Below, in pieces: positions 10,409 to 19,808 of a DNA stretch of 54,217 bases. Made by a program: the position numbers and the translations under genes. The notes beneath the pieces are model-generated. The model saw only the letters and a list, made by a program, of their open reading frames with translations, ran no database searches and was not told the origin of the DNA. Position 1 is the first letter of the stretch. Every line of letters starts with the position of its first letter. Source of the stretch: Candidatus Competibacteraceae bacterium (lineage in GTDB: Bacteria; Pseudomonadota; Gammaproteobacteria; Competibacterales; JAHEDQ01); assembly GCA_024641125.1 (NCBI GenBank), contig JAHEDQ010000004.1, positions 1 through 54,217 of the forward strand, read 5' to 3'.

Positions 10409-10894
10409 ATGCCCACTGCTAACCCCGTTCACTCAACCCTGGTACTCGGCATCGGCAACACACTGCTGTCGGATGAGGGCATCGGCGTTCACGTGGTCCA
10501 AAAGCTGGCCCATGATTCACCCAGCCTGCGGGCAACGTTCATGGACGGCGGCACTCTGAGTTTTTCCCTGGCCGGTCCCATCGAGGCTTGCCGGCGGCTG
10601 ATCGTGGTGGACGCGGCGGAACTCAAGGCACCTCCCGGCACCCTGCGGGTGTTTCTGGACGACGCCATGGACCGGCATGTGGCCGCCGGCGGCAAGCGCA
10701 GCGTTCACGAGGTCGGCCTCGCCGATCTGTTGGCGGTGGCCGCCTTGGCGGGCCGCCTGCCTCGGCAGCGGGCCCTGGTGGGTATCCAACCCGAATATGT
10801 GGACTGGGGCATGCGCCCCACCGAAGCGGTGGCGAATGCCCTGCCCAGCGCCTGCGCCGCGATCGAGCGGCTGGTCGAGGACTGGCCAACATGA
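10409..10894 (+). CDS. Hydrogenase maturation endopeptidase (HyaD/HupD family)
   Basis: VLGIGNTLLSDEGIGVHVV, DGGT, IVVDA, SVHEVGL, LVGIQP. Confidence 0.95.
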   Translation: MPTANPVHSTLVLGIGNTLLSDEGIGVHVVQKLAHDSPSLRATFMDGGTLSFSLAGPIEACRRLIVVDAAELKAPPGTLRVFLDDAMDRHVAAGGKRSVHEVGLADLLAVAALAGRLPRQRALVGIQPEYVDWGMRPTEAVANALPSACAAIERLVEDWPT

Positions 10895-11316
10895 AACTTC
10901 AAGACATTCCTGTGTCGGTTCAACCCACCGACAACGACGACGCGGAGTCCACCTTCACGCCGGCGCTATTGGCTGAGATCGCCGATCACCTGGAAGCATT
11001 ACAGGAGCGCGGTGCGACTCATCTGGTCGATCTGCGCGGGCTGCCCATGACTCGGTCGGACCGCAGCGCGCTGATCGGCGCTCTGGGACGGGGTGAAATC
11101 ACCATCCAGGTGGATGCGCTGGGCCGGAGCGAGGCCTGGGAAACGGGCTACGCCGGGGTCTGGTGGGTTGAGCATCGCTCGCCGGAGGGCATGGTGGTGG
11201 CCGAGCATATCGAGATCGCATTCGTTCCGCAGATCGTCCCGGCCCATCCGGACGACGTCCGCAGCGCACTGGCGCGGCTGCGTGCACGCAGCGAACCCGG
11301 AGGCGCAGTGCAATGA
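10891..11316 (+). CDS. Hydrogenase expression/formation protein (HupH/HyaF C-terminal-like)
   Basis: DLRGLPM...LGRGE...ETGYAGVWWV pattern; overlaps both neighbouring ORFs within the operon. Confidence 0.8.
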   Translation: MKLQDIPVSVQPTDNDDAESTFTPALLAEIADHLEALQERGATHLVDLRGLPMTRSDRSALIGALGRGEITIQVDALGRSEAWETGYAGVWWVEHRSPEGMVVAEHIEIAFVPQIVPAHPDDVRSALARLRARSEPGGAVQ

Positions 11317-11360
11317 AACCGCGCCCCGATCTTCACCCCCATCCGGCAGAGGAGAGCCCA

Positions 11361-12446
11361 ATGTCGCAACCCGAAACCCTCGGCCTGCAGCTCGCCAGAC
11401 GCGGCATAAGCCGCCGCAGCTTCCTGAAGTTCTGCACCGCCATGGCCAGCGCGATGGCCCTGCCGCCGGCAATGGCGGCGCAAATGGCCGACGCCCTGGC
11501 CAAAGCCCATCGCCAATCCGTGATCTGGTTGTCGTTTCAGGAATGCACGGGCTGCACCGAGTCCCTGACCCGATCTCACAATCCCTCGCTCGAGAGCTTG
11601 ATCTTCGATTTCATATCCCTGGATTACCACCATACGCTGCAGGCCGCATCCGGCGAAGCGGCGGAGCACGCCCGGGAAGCCGCCATGGCCGCCAATGCCG
11701 GCAACTACATCGTGGTGGTGGACGGTTCGGTGCCGCTGAAGGACGACGGGGTCTACTCCACCATCGCCGGCATCACCAATCTGCAAATGCTCAAGGATAC
11801 GGTGAAGGACGCGGCCGCGGTGGTGTCGGTGGGCACCTGCGCCGCGTTTGGCGGCATACCCAAGGCCAAGCCAAACCCGACCGGTGCGGTGGCCATTAGT
11901 GAAATCGTCACCGACAAGCCGGTCATCAATGTGTCGGGCTGCCCCCCGATTCCGGTGGTCATTACCGGTGTGCTGTCCCACGTGCTCACATTTGGCTCCA
12001 TACCCGAACTCGATCATCTGGGCCGGCCGTTGGCGTTTTTCGGAGAAACCATCCACGACCGTTGCTACCGGCGGCCGTTTTACGACAGGGGCCTGTTTGC
12101 CAAGGCGTTCGACGACGAGGGCGCACGCAAAGGCTGGTGTCTGTTCGAGCTGGGGTGCAAAGGCCCCACCACATACAACGCCTGTGCAACGGTCAAGTGG
12201 AACGACGGCACCTCGTTCCCGATCGAGTCGGGCCACGGTTGCCTCGGCTGCTCGGAACCGGATTTCTGGGATGGGGGTGGTTTTTACAAAGCCCTCTCCC
12301 AGGGCAACTGGGGCACCGCCGAGGGCATCGCCGCCGCGGCCGTGGCCGGCGCGGCGATCGGCACAGGCGCGGCGATGATGTCGCGCAAACGCCAGCAATC
12401 CATGGTTCAGGAACACGGCGAATCGGAAGGAGGTACCCTCAAATGA
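11361..12446 (+). CDS. hynS: [NiFe]-hydrogenase small subunit, Tat-exported (group 1e)
   Basis: Tat signal SRRSFLK, ECTGCTES, GTCAAFGG, GCPP, HDRCYRR, GCKGP, GHGCLGC and a C-terminal hydrophobic anchor. RBS GAGGAG precedes 11361. Confidence 0.95.
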   Translation: MSQPETLGLQLARRGISRRSFLKFCTAMASAMALPPAMAAQMADALAKAHRQSVIWLSFQECTGCTESLTRSHNPSLESLIFDFISLDYHHTLQAASGEAAEHAREAAMAANAGNYIVVVDGSVPLKDDGVYSTIAGITNLQMLKDTVKDAAAVVSVGTCAAFGGIPKAKPNPTGAVAISEIVTDKPVINVSGCPPIPVVITGVLSHVLTFGSIPELDHLGRPLAFFGETIHDRCYRRPFYDRGLFAKAFDDEGARKGWCLFELGCKGPTTYNACATVKWNDGTSFPIESGHGCLGCSEPDFWDGGGFYKALSQGNWGTAEGIAAAAVAGAAIGTGAAMMSRKRQQSMVQEHGESEGGTLK

Positions 12447-13102
12447 CGCTGCTCGAGTTTGCCCGAGGTCCGGGCCTGCAATGGTCCCTGGTGATCCTGG
12501 CGGTCGGCATGATGTGGCGCCTGGTGGGCATTCTGGCCCTGAAACACAAGCCGGATTTCTCGGAACCCAGGGCCGGTGGTGGAGCGATGTTTGCCGGAGC
12601 AGTGAAGACCGTTTTCACCCGCATGGTGTACGCCAAACCGTTTCGCACCCAGACCACACTGGCCAGCTTGCTGAGCTATGTGTTCCATATCGGCCTGGCC
12701 ATCGTCGTGTTCGGCTTTGGGCCCCACATCCTGTTTATCCGGGATCTCACCGGATTGTCCTGGCCCAATCTGCCCTCGGGCATGATCTACCTGACCGGGG
12801 TGATCACCCTGGGCGCGCTGGTCGCGCTGCTGATCCGGCGCATGACACACCCGGTGCTGCGGCTGCTGTCTAACTTCGATGACTATTTCAGCTGGCTGGT
12901 GACGGTGCTGCCCATCGCCACCGGATTGCTGGCGGTGGCGCATCTGGGGGCTCGCTACGAAACCCTGCTGGGGCTGCACATACTCAGTGTCGAGCTGCTG
13001 TTGGTCTGGCTGCCGTTCGGCAAGCTGGGGCATGCATTCCTGGTGTTCGTCTCCCGCGCCACCACCGGCGCGGTGTTCGCACGGAGGGGGGCCGCGACAT
13101 GA
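12443..13102 (+). CDS. isp1: Isp1, membrane heme-b protein (NarI/DsrM-like)
   Basis: About 5 hydrophobic segments with FHIG, LHIL and PFGKLGH; lies between the small subunit and isp2. Confidence 0.85.
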   Translation: MTLLEFARGPGLQWSLVILAVGMMWRLVGILALKHKPDFSEPRAGGGAMFAGAVKTVFTRMVYAKPFRTQTTLASLLSYVFHIGLAIVVFGFGPHILFIRDLTGLSWPNLPSGMIYLTGVITLGALVALLIRRMTHPVLRLLSNFDDYFSWLVTVLPIATGLLAVAHLGARYETLLGLHILSVELLLVWLPFGKLGHAFLVFVSRATTGAVFARRGAAT

Positions 13103-14466
13103 GCACTGCAGACATCAATGAGAAACACCCGCTGGATCTGGACCAGGCCCGGGTCAGTATCAAAAAGCCCGAAACACGATCCGATATCCAGGGCGATCTG
13201 ACCGACCAGGAACGGGTAGACACGGCGATGCGCAATTTCGTCAAGGACTTTGGCGCCGTGGCGGCAACCTACATGGAGGCCTGCGTGCACTGTGGCCACT
13301 GCGCGGAAGCCTGCCATTTCTATGTGCAGACCCAGGATCCGAAATACACCCCGATCTGGAAGCTCGAGCCGTTCAAACAGGCTTACAAGCGCGAAGCCGG
13401 ACCTTTTGCCTGGTTCTACCGGGCCTTGAATCTGAAGCGCAAGGTCACCACCAGGGAGCTCGAGGCATGGCAGGAGCTGATCTATGATTCCTGCACCATG
13501 TGCGGTCGCTGTTCCCTGATCTGCCCCATGGGAATCGACATCGCTACCTTGGTGGGCTTGGCACGCCACGGCATGTTCCAGGCCGGTCTGGTGCCCCATG
13601 AGCTGTGGGCGGTGGCAGAACGGGCCGAACGCGAAGGCAGCCCGCTGGGCGCCACCGCGGATGTGTTCGAGGACCGGGTCGAGTGGATGGGGGACGAGCA
13701 CGAGGTCGAAATGAATATCGACCTGGACCAGGCGGACGTTATGGTCACCCTGTCGTCGATCGAGATCCAGAAGTATCCAAAATCCATGGCGGATCTGGCC
13801 AAGGTAATGAACCACATGGGTCTGTCCTGGACTTTCCGGACCGACGGCTATGAGGCCACCAACTTCGGCATGTTATCGGGTAACAGCGCGTGGCAGCGGG
13901 ACATGAGCATGAAAATCATCGATGCGGCGATCAAGATCGGCGCGAAAACGGTGATTCTGCCCGAATGCGGGCATGCCTACGGGGCGCTGCGCTGGCAGGG
14001 GGCTAACGTCTACGGCAAACCACTGCCGTTCCGGGTGCGGCATATCTCCGAATTTCTGGCCGAGGCCGCCCGCGAGGGCAAACTCAAACTCAAGAAGGTC
14101 GACAAGAGTGTCACTTTTCACGACCCCTGCCAGGTCTCCAGGCGGGGCGGCGCGACCCAGGCGCCGCGGGACGTCATCAGCGCGCTGGGGCTGGAAATGC
14201 GCGAAACCCAGGATCATGGGGACTACAACTGGTGCTGTGGCGGGGGCGGCGGCGTCATCACCATTCACCGGGCCGACCCGATCCGTTACAAAGCCTTTGA
14301 AATCAAGATGCGGCAGATCGATGAAATCGAGGCAGACCTGATGGTCACCAGTTGCGCCAACTGCCGCCAGAACTTCGACGACAGCCAACAGCACTTTCAG
14401 TGGGATCGGAAAATGGAATCCCTGCTGGAACTGGTGGCCGACAACCTGATCGAGGATCCAGCATGA
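13099..14466 (+). CDS. isp2: Isp2, HdrD/DsrK-like Fe-S oxidoreductase
   Basis: CVHCGHCAEAC and CTMCGRCSLICP ferredoxin motifs plus CCG domain (HDPC, WCCGGGGG, SCANC). Confidence 0.88.
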   Translation: MSTADINEKHPLDLDQARVSIKKPETRSDIQGDLTDQERVDTAMRNFVKDFGAVAATYMEACVHCGHCAEACHFYVQTQDPKYTPIWKLEPFKQAYKREAGPFAWFYRALNLKRKVTTRELEAWQELIYDSCTMCGRCSLICPMGIDIATLVGLARHGMFQAGLVPHELWAVAERAEREGSPLGATADVFEDRVEWMGDEHEVEMNIDLDQADVMVTLSSIEIQKYPKSMADLAKVMNHMGLSWTFRTDGYEATNFGMLSGNSAWQRDMSMKIIDAAIKIGAKTVILPECGHAYGALRWQGANVYGKPLPFRVRHISEFLAEAAREGKLKLKKVDKSVTFHDPCQVSRRGGATQAPRDVISALGLEMRETQDHGDYNWCCGGGGGVITIHRADPIRYKAFEIKMRQIDEIEADLMVTSCANCRQNFDDSQQHFQWDRKMESLLELVADNLIEDPA

Positions 14467-16211
14467 GCAAACGTATCGTGGTCGATCCGATCACCCGAAT
14501 CGAGGGTCATCTGCGCATCGAGGCCGAGACCGACCCCAGTGGCAACATCAGTCAGGCCTATAGCTCCGGAACCATGGTGCGGGGCATCGAGATCATCCTG
14601 CGGGGGCGGGATCCGCGCGATGCCTGGGCGTTTGCCCAGCGTATTTGCGGTGTTTGCACCCTGGTCCACGGCATGGCCTCGGTGCGTTCGGTGGAGGACG
14701 CGCTCAACTATGAGATTCCCATCAACGCGCAGTTGATCCGCAATCTGATGATCGGGGCTCAGTACGTCCATGACCACGTGATGCATTTTTATCACCTGCA
14801 CGCCCTGGACTGGGTGGACGTGGTCTCATGCCTCAAAGCGGACCCGAAGGTGGCATCCGAGATCGCCCAGAGCCTGTCCAGCTGGTCCAAATCGTCGCCC
14901 GGCTACTTCGCGGACACGCAGACTCGGATCAAGGAGTTCGTTGAATCCGGTCAGCTGGGCATTTTCGCCAACGGCTACTGGGGCCATCCGGATTACCGGC
15001 TGCCCCCTGAGGTCAATTTGATCGCGGTGGCGCACTATCTCGAGGCGCTGGCCTGGCAGCGGGACGTAGTCAAGCTGCACGCCATTTTCGGCGGCAAGAA
15101 CCCGCACCCCAATTTTCTGGTGGGCGGCGCACCTTCGCCGATTTCCATCGACCCTGGCGGGATCGGCGGCGGCTCCGGATCCACCGCCCTCAACGTGGTC
15201 GGTCTCCAGCAGGTGCGGGACATCATCCTCAGCATGCAGCAGTTCGTGGACCAGGTTTATGTGCCTGACACCATCGCCATCGCTGGTTTCTACAAGGATT
15301 GGTTCGAGCGAGGCGAGGGGCTGGGCAATTTCATGACCTTCGGCGACTTCCCGATGCAGGGCATCAACGATCCGGACTCCTTCCTGATTCCGCGGGGTGT
15401 GATTCTGGACCGGGATCTGTCGACCATCCATCCGGTGGACTTGAACGACCCGGATCAGGTGCAGGAATTCGTCGCCCACTCCTGGTACGACTACGAGGGG
15501 GGCAAGGAACTGGGTCTGCATCCCTATGCCGGCGAGACCCAACTCAACTACACCGGACCCAAACCACCCTACGATCAGCTTGACGTGGACCAAAGCTACT
15601 CCTGGCTGAAGGCACCGCGCTGGCGGGGTAAAGCGGTGGAAGTCGGCCCGTTGGCGCGGGTGCTGATGCTGTATGCCAGCGGCCACGAACCGACTCGTGC
15701 GCTGGCAGATCAGACCCTGAGTGCTCTGGATCTGCCGCTAACGGCTTTGTATTCGACCCTGGGACGCACCGCCGCACGGACGCTGGAGACCAAAATCATC
15801 GCCGATCAGATGATGTCCTGGTGGCAGCAGCTGGTGGATAATATCAAGGGCGGGGACCGCAAGGTGCACAATGAAGCGCTGTGGGATCCCTCCACCTGGC
15901 CGTCGGAAGCCAAAGGCGTCGGCTTCATGGAAGCGCCCCGCGGCGCCCTGGCCCACTGGATCGTCATCAAGGACGAGAAAATCGACAATTATCAAGCTGT
16001 GGTGCCCTCCACCTGGAACGCCGGACCCCAGGACCCCACTGGCCAGCATGGCGCCTACGAGGCGGCTTTGATGGATCGTCATGCACTGTATGACCCACAG
16101 CAGCCACTGGAGATTCTGCGCACCATCCACAGCTTCGATCCCTGCATCGCCTGCGCAGTACATGTGTCCGATCCGGAGGGCAAAAAACTGGTTGAAGTAA
16201 AAGTACGCTGA
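14463..16211 (+). CDS. hynL: [NiFe]-hydrogenase large subunit (group 1e)
   Basis: DPITRIEGHL, L1 motif RICGVC, L2 motif SFDPCIACAVH and a C-terminal cleavable extension. Confidence 0.96.
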   Translation: MSKRIVVDPITRIEGHLRIEAETDPSGNISQAYSSGTMVRGIEIILRGRDPRDAWAFAQRICGVCTLVHGMASVRSVEDALNYEIPINAQLIRNLMIGAQYVHDHVMHFYHLHALDWVDVVSCLKADPKVASEIAQSLSSWSKSSPGYFADTQTRIKEFVESGQLGIFANGYWGHPDYRLPPEVNLIAVAHYLEALAWQRDVVKLHAIFGGKNPHPNFLVGGAPSPISIDPGGIGGGSGSTALNVVGLQQVRDIILSMQQFVDQVYVPDTIAIAGFYKDWFERGEGLGNFMTFGDFPMQGINDPDSFLIPRGVILDRDLSTIHPVDLNDPDQVQEFVAHSWYDYEGGKELGLHPYAGETQLNYTGPKPPYDQLDVDQSYSWLKAPRWRGKAVEVGPLARVLMLYASGHEPTRALADQTLSALDLPLTALYSTLGRTAARTLETKIIADQMMSWWQQLVDNIKGGDRKVHNEALWDPSTWPSEAKGVGFMEAPRGALAHWIVIKDEKIDNYQAVVPSTWNAGPQDPTGQHGAYEAALMDRHALYDPQQPLEILRTIHSFDPCIACAVHVSDPEGKKLVEVKVR

Positions 16212-16234
16212 TGAAACATCCAATGGAGATCACG

Positions 16235-16489
16235 ATGAACAAAAGCCTGGTTGGCAGCTTCTTGTTGTTGGCATCGTTACCGGTCCTGGCCCACAGCGAC
16301 GGCGAACACCCCGGCGGCATTCTGGCCACGTTGCTGCACCTCATCACCAGCGCAGATCATCTGCTGACGGGCGCAGTGCTGGTTGCCGCAGGGTTGCTTG
16401 CCGCATGGGTCCTGCAAAAACCGGCCTTGCGGGCAATCGCCTTCGTCAGCACCCTGGCCGGCGCCATTTTGTTGCTCGGCTCGGTTTAG
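16235..16489 (+). CDS. Short HupE/UreJ-like membrane protein (alternative start 16211)
   Basis: Signal peptide ending VLA-H, then HPGG...LHLITSADHLL resembling the HupE/UreJ HPxxGxDH motif; only about 84 aa. Confidence 0.55.
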   Translation: MNKSLVGSFLLLASLPVLAHSDGEHPGGILATLLHLITSADHLLTGAVLVAAGLLAAWVLQKPALRAIAFVSTLAGAILLLGSV

Positions 16490-16512
16490 ACCGAGCGTAG
16501 ATAAAGCAGCCG

Positions 16513-16550
16513 CCAATCTGCTTCGTCCAGAATAAATCAGAGGCTCCTGA
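16513..16550 (-). repeat. Solo end fragment of MITE family B
   Basis: Reverse complement TCAGGAGCCTCTGATTTATTCTGGACGAAGCAGATTGG matches the left end of 31987-32153 (TGAGGGGCCCGTGATCTATTCTGGACGAAACAGATTGG). Confidence 0.75.
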
Positions 16551-16551
16551 A

Positions 16552-16590
16552 GAAAAGGCCCCCGCAGAGATCTCTGCGGGGGCCTTTTTC
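16552..16590. terminator. Bidirectional intrinsic terminator between the hydrogenase operon and groEL
   Basis: Perfect palindrome AAAAGGCCCCCGCAGAGA-TCTCTGCGGGGGCCTTTT with A/T tracts on both sides, between convergent genes. Confidence 0.9.
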
Positions 16591-16612
16591 GGCGTCGCTA
16601 TGGCGCGCTGAT

Positions 16613-18268
<1,656 letters not shown>

Positions 18269-18311
18269 CTATCTAAAAATTGTTGAACGGAGGAGACGGG
18301 ACTCCGGGCGA

Positions 18312-18602
18312 TCAGTTGTCGATCACCGCCATGATGTCGTCTTCGCGCATCACCAGCAGCTCATCGTCACCCAGCTTGACCTCGCTGCCGGAGTACTTCC
18401 CGAACAGCACCTGGTCTCCCACTTTGACGTCCAGCGTGCGACGCTCTCCAGTATCGAGCACCTTGCCGTTACCGATGGCGACAATCTCGCCGCGGGAGGG
18501 CTTCTCCGCCGCCGAGCCTGGCAGGACGATGCCGCCGGCCGTGGTGGTCTCTTCTTCCATACGCTTGACGACGACACGATCGTGCAAGGGACGAATGTTC
18601 AT
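18312..18602 (-). CDS. groS: Co-chaperonin GroES
   Basis: [25 protein letters not shown]. Confidence 0.99.
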   Translation of the reverse strand: MNIRPLHDRVVVKRMEEETTTAGGIVLPGSAAEKPSRGEIVAIGNGKVLDTGERRTLDVKVGDQVLFGKYSGSEVKLGDDELLVMREDDIMAVIDN

Positions 18603-18651
18603 TCTCTGGTTTCTCCTTGGGGAAACAGTCCTAATTCAATTCGTGAGGCTG

Positions 18652-18678
18652 TTAGCACTCGCCTCGAGCGAGTGCTAA
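18652..18678. promoter_or_regulatory. CIRCE element (HrcA operator)
   Basis: Exact TTAGCACTC-N9-GAGTGCTAA upstream of groES. Confidence 0.95.
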
Positions 18679-18705
18679 TAATAGTCAGCAACTCAAATCT
18701 GTCAA
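18678..18705 (-). promoter_or_regulatory. Sigma70-type promoter of groESL
   Basis: Minus strand TTGACA-N16-TATTAT abutting CIRCE. Confidence 0.7.
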
Positions 18706-18720
18706 TACGCGATCGAAGGA

Positions 18721-18747
18721 ATGGGGACGACCAACCGAGGTTTCAAG
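18721..18747 (-). promoter_or_regulatory. Sigma32 (RpoH) heat-shock promoter of groESL
   Basis: Minus strand CTTGAAA-N14-CCCCAT. Confidence 0.85.
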
Positions 18748-18773
18748 TGCCGGGAGGGAATTGAGCGTCGGCA

Positions 18774-18906
18774 GGGCAAAGGCGATAAGCGCCCATCCGC
18801 GGTGTTGGGCGCGCTCGAATGAGCGCAGGACTGGCCTGCGCCCGCCCGTCTAACGCCTGGGCGCTCCTCGCCTTGCTGAGATGCAATGAACTCATGGAAC
18901 GGGACA
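18774..18906. mobile_element. MITE-like repeat family A copy 2
   Basis: Near-identical to 41-171 in the same orientation; lies between the fxsA stop and the groES promoters. Confidence 0.8.
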
Positions 18907-19045
18907 GCAGCGTGTTGAAAGCGCCTCACTCCGCACGATACGGCGTTAAAATTCCGTAAAAACAAGCGCTTACCGGGTTTAAACTGCGCGTTCGCCGACG
19001 TTTTTAACTTGCCTCGCACCCGACCGAGACGCTTTCAACACGCTG

Positions 19046-19516
19046 CTAGTCATCCTCCCGGCGCCACTCACCTTCGATGGTCGGGCGTCCTCTACCGCTC
19101 TGCGCCCCGGTTGCGGGGTTGTCCATGACCGGTCCGGCTGCGGCCGAGGCGGAAACAAGACCCGCGCGGCGAAGGGCGAGTTTGACCAGCCAGGCACGAC
19201 CCGCCGGCAGCAGGCAGGCGAAGCCGATGGCGTCGGTAAAAAACCCGGGTGTCAGCAGAAGTACACCGCCCACCGCCAAAAACACGGCATCCAGCAGCGA
19301 TTTCGCCGGGACCGCACCCTGCGCCATGCTGCGCTGTGCTTCCCGTAAGGTGGCGAGCCCCTGATGGCGCAAAAGCAGCGAACCCAAAACCGCCGTCAGA
19401 ACAATGAGACCGATGGTCGGCAGGACACCGATCCAGCCACCCACGGTGATCAGAAGATAGATTTCAAAAATGGGGACAATCAGAAATGCGAGCAATATAA
19501 GTTGACCAAGACGCAA
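19046..19516 (-). CDS. fxsA: FxsA family membrane protein
   Basis: PIFEIYLLI, GGVLLLTPGFFTDAIG, C-terminal TIEGEWRRED; upstream of groES. TTG start inferred from GGAG RBS. Confidence 0.9.
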   Translation of the reverse strand: MRLGQLILLAFLIVPIFEIYLLITVGGWIGVLPTIGLIVLTAVLGSLLLRHQGLATLREAQRSMAQGAVPAKSLLDAVFLAVGGVLLLTPGFFTDAIGFACLLPAGRAWLVKLALRRAGLVSASAAAGPVMDNPATGAQSGRGRPTIEGEWRREDD

Positions 19517-19808
19517 TGCAGCGCTCCAGTTGGTGATGCCGATCGGGCATCTTATTATAGTCGGGCGGTCGAAGCAGCCGCGGTCGAGGGTCGGGCCGTG
19601 CAGCTGGGCCCGCGATTCAAACCCAGGGGAAAAGCGCGTCAGCTTTGCCCCTGGGCACGTATACATTGGTGCCCCGGGCTGCGGCCCCGAGGCGAACACC
19701 GGAACTGTACCCGGCTGCGCTGTTCAGACCTGCAGGCGCGCCGGCGGCGCGGACATGACGCGGGGGCAACGCTGAATCGTGCGCACGGATGATCCAAGGA
19801 AATCCCGA

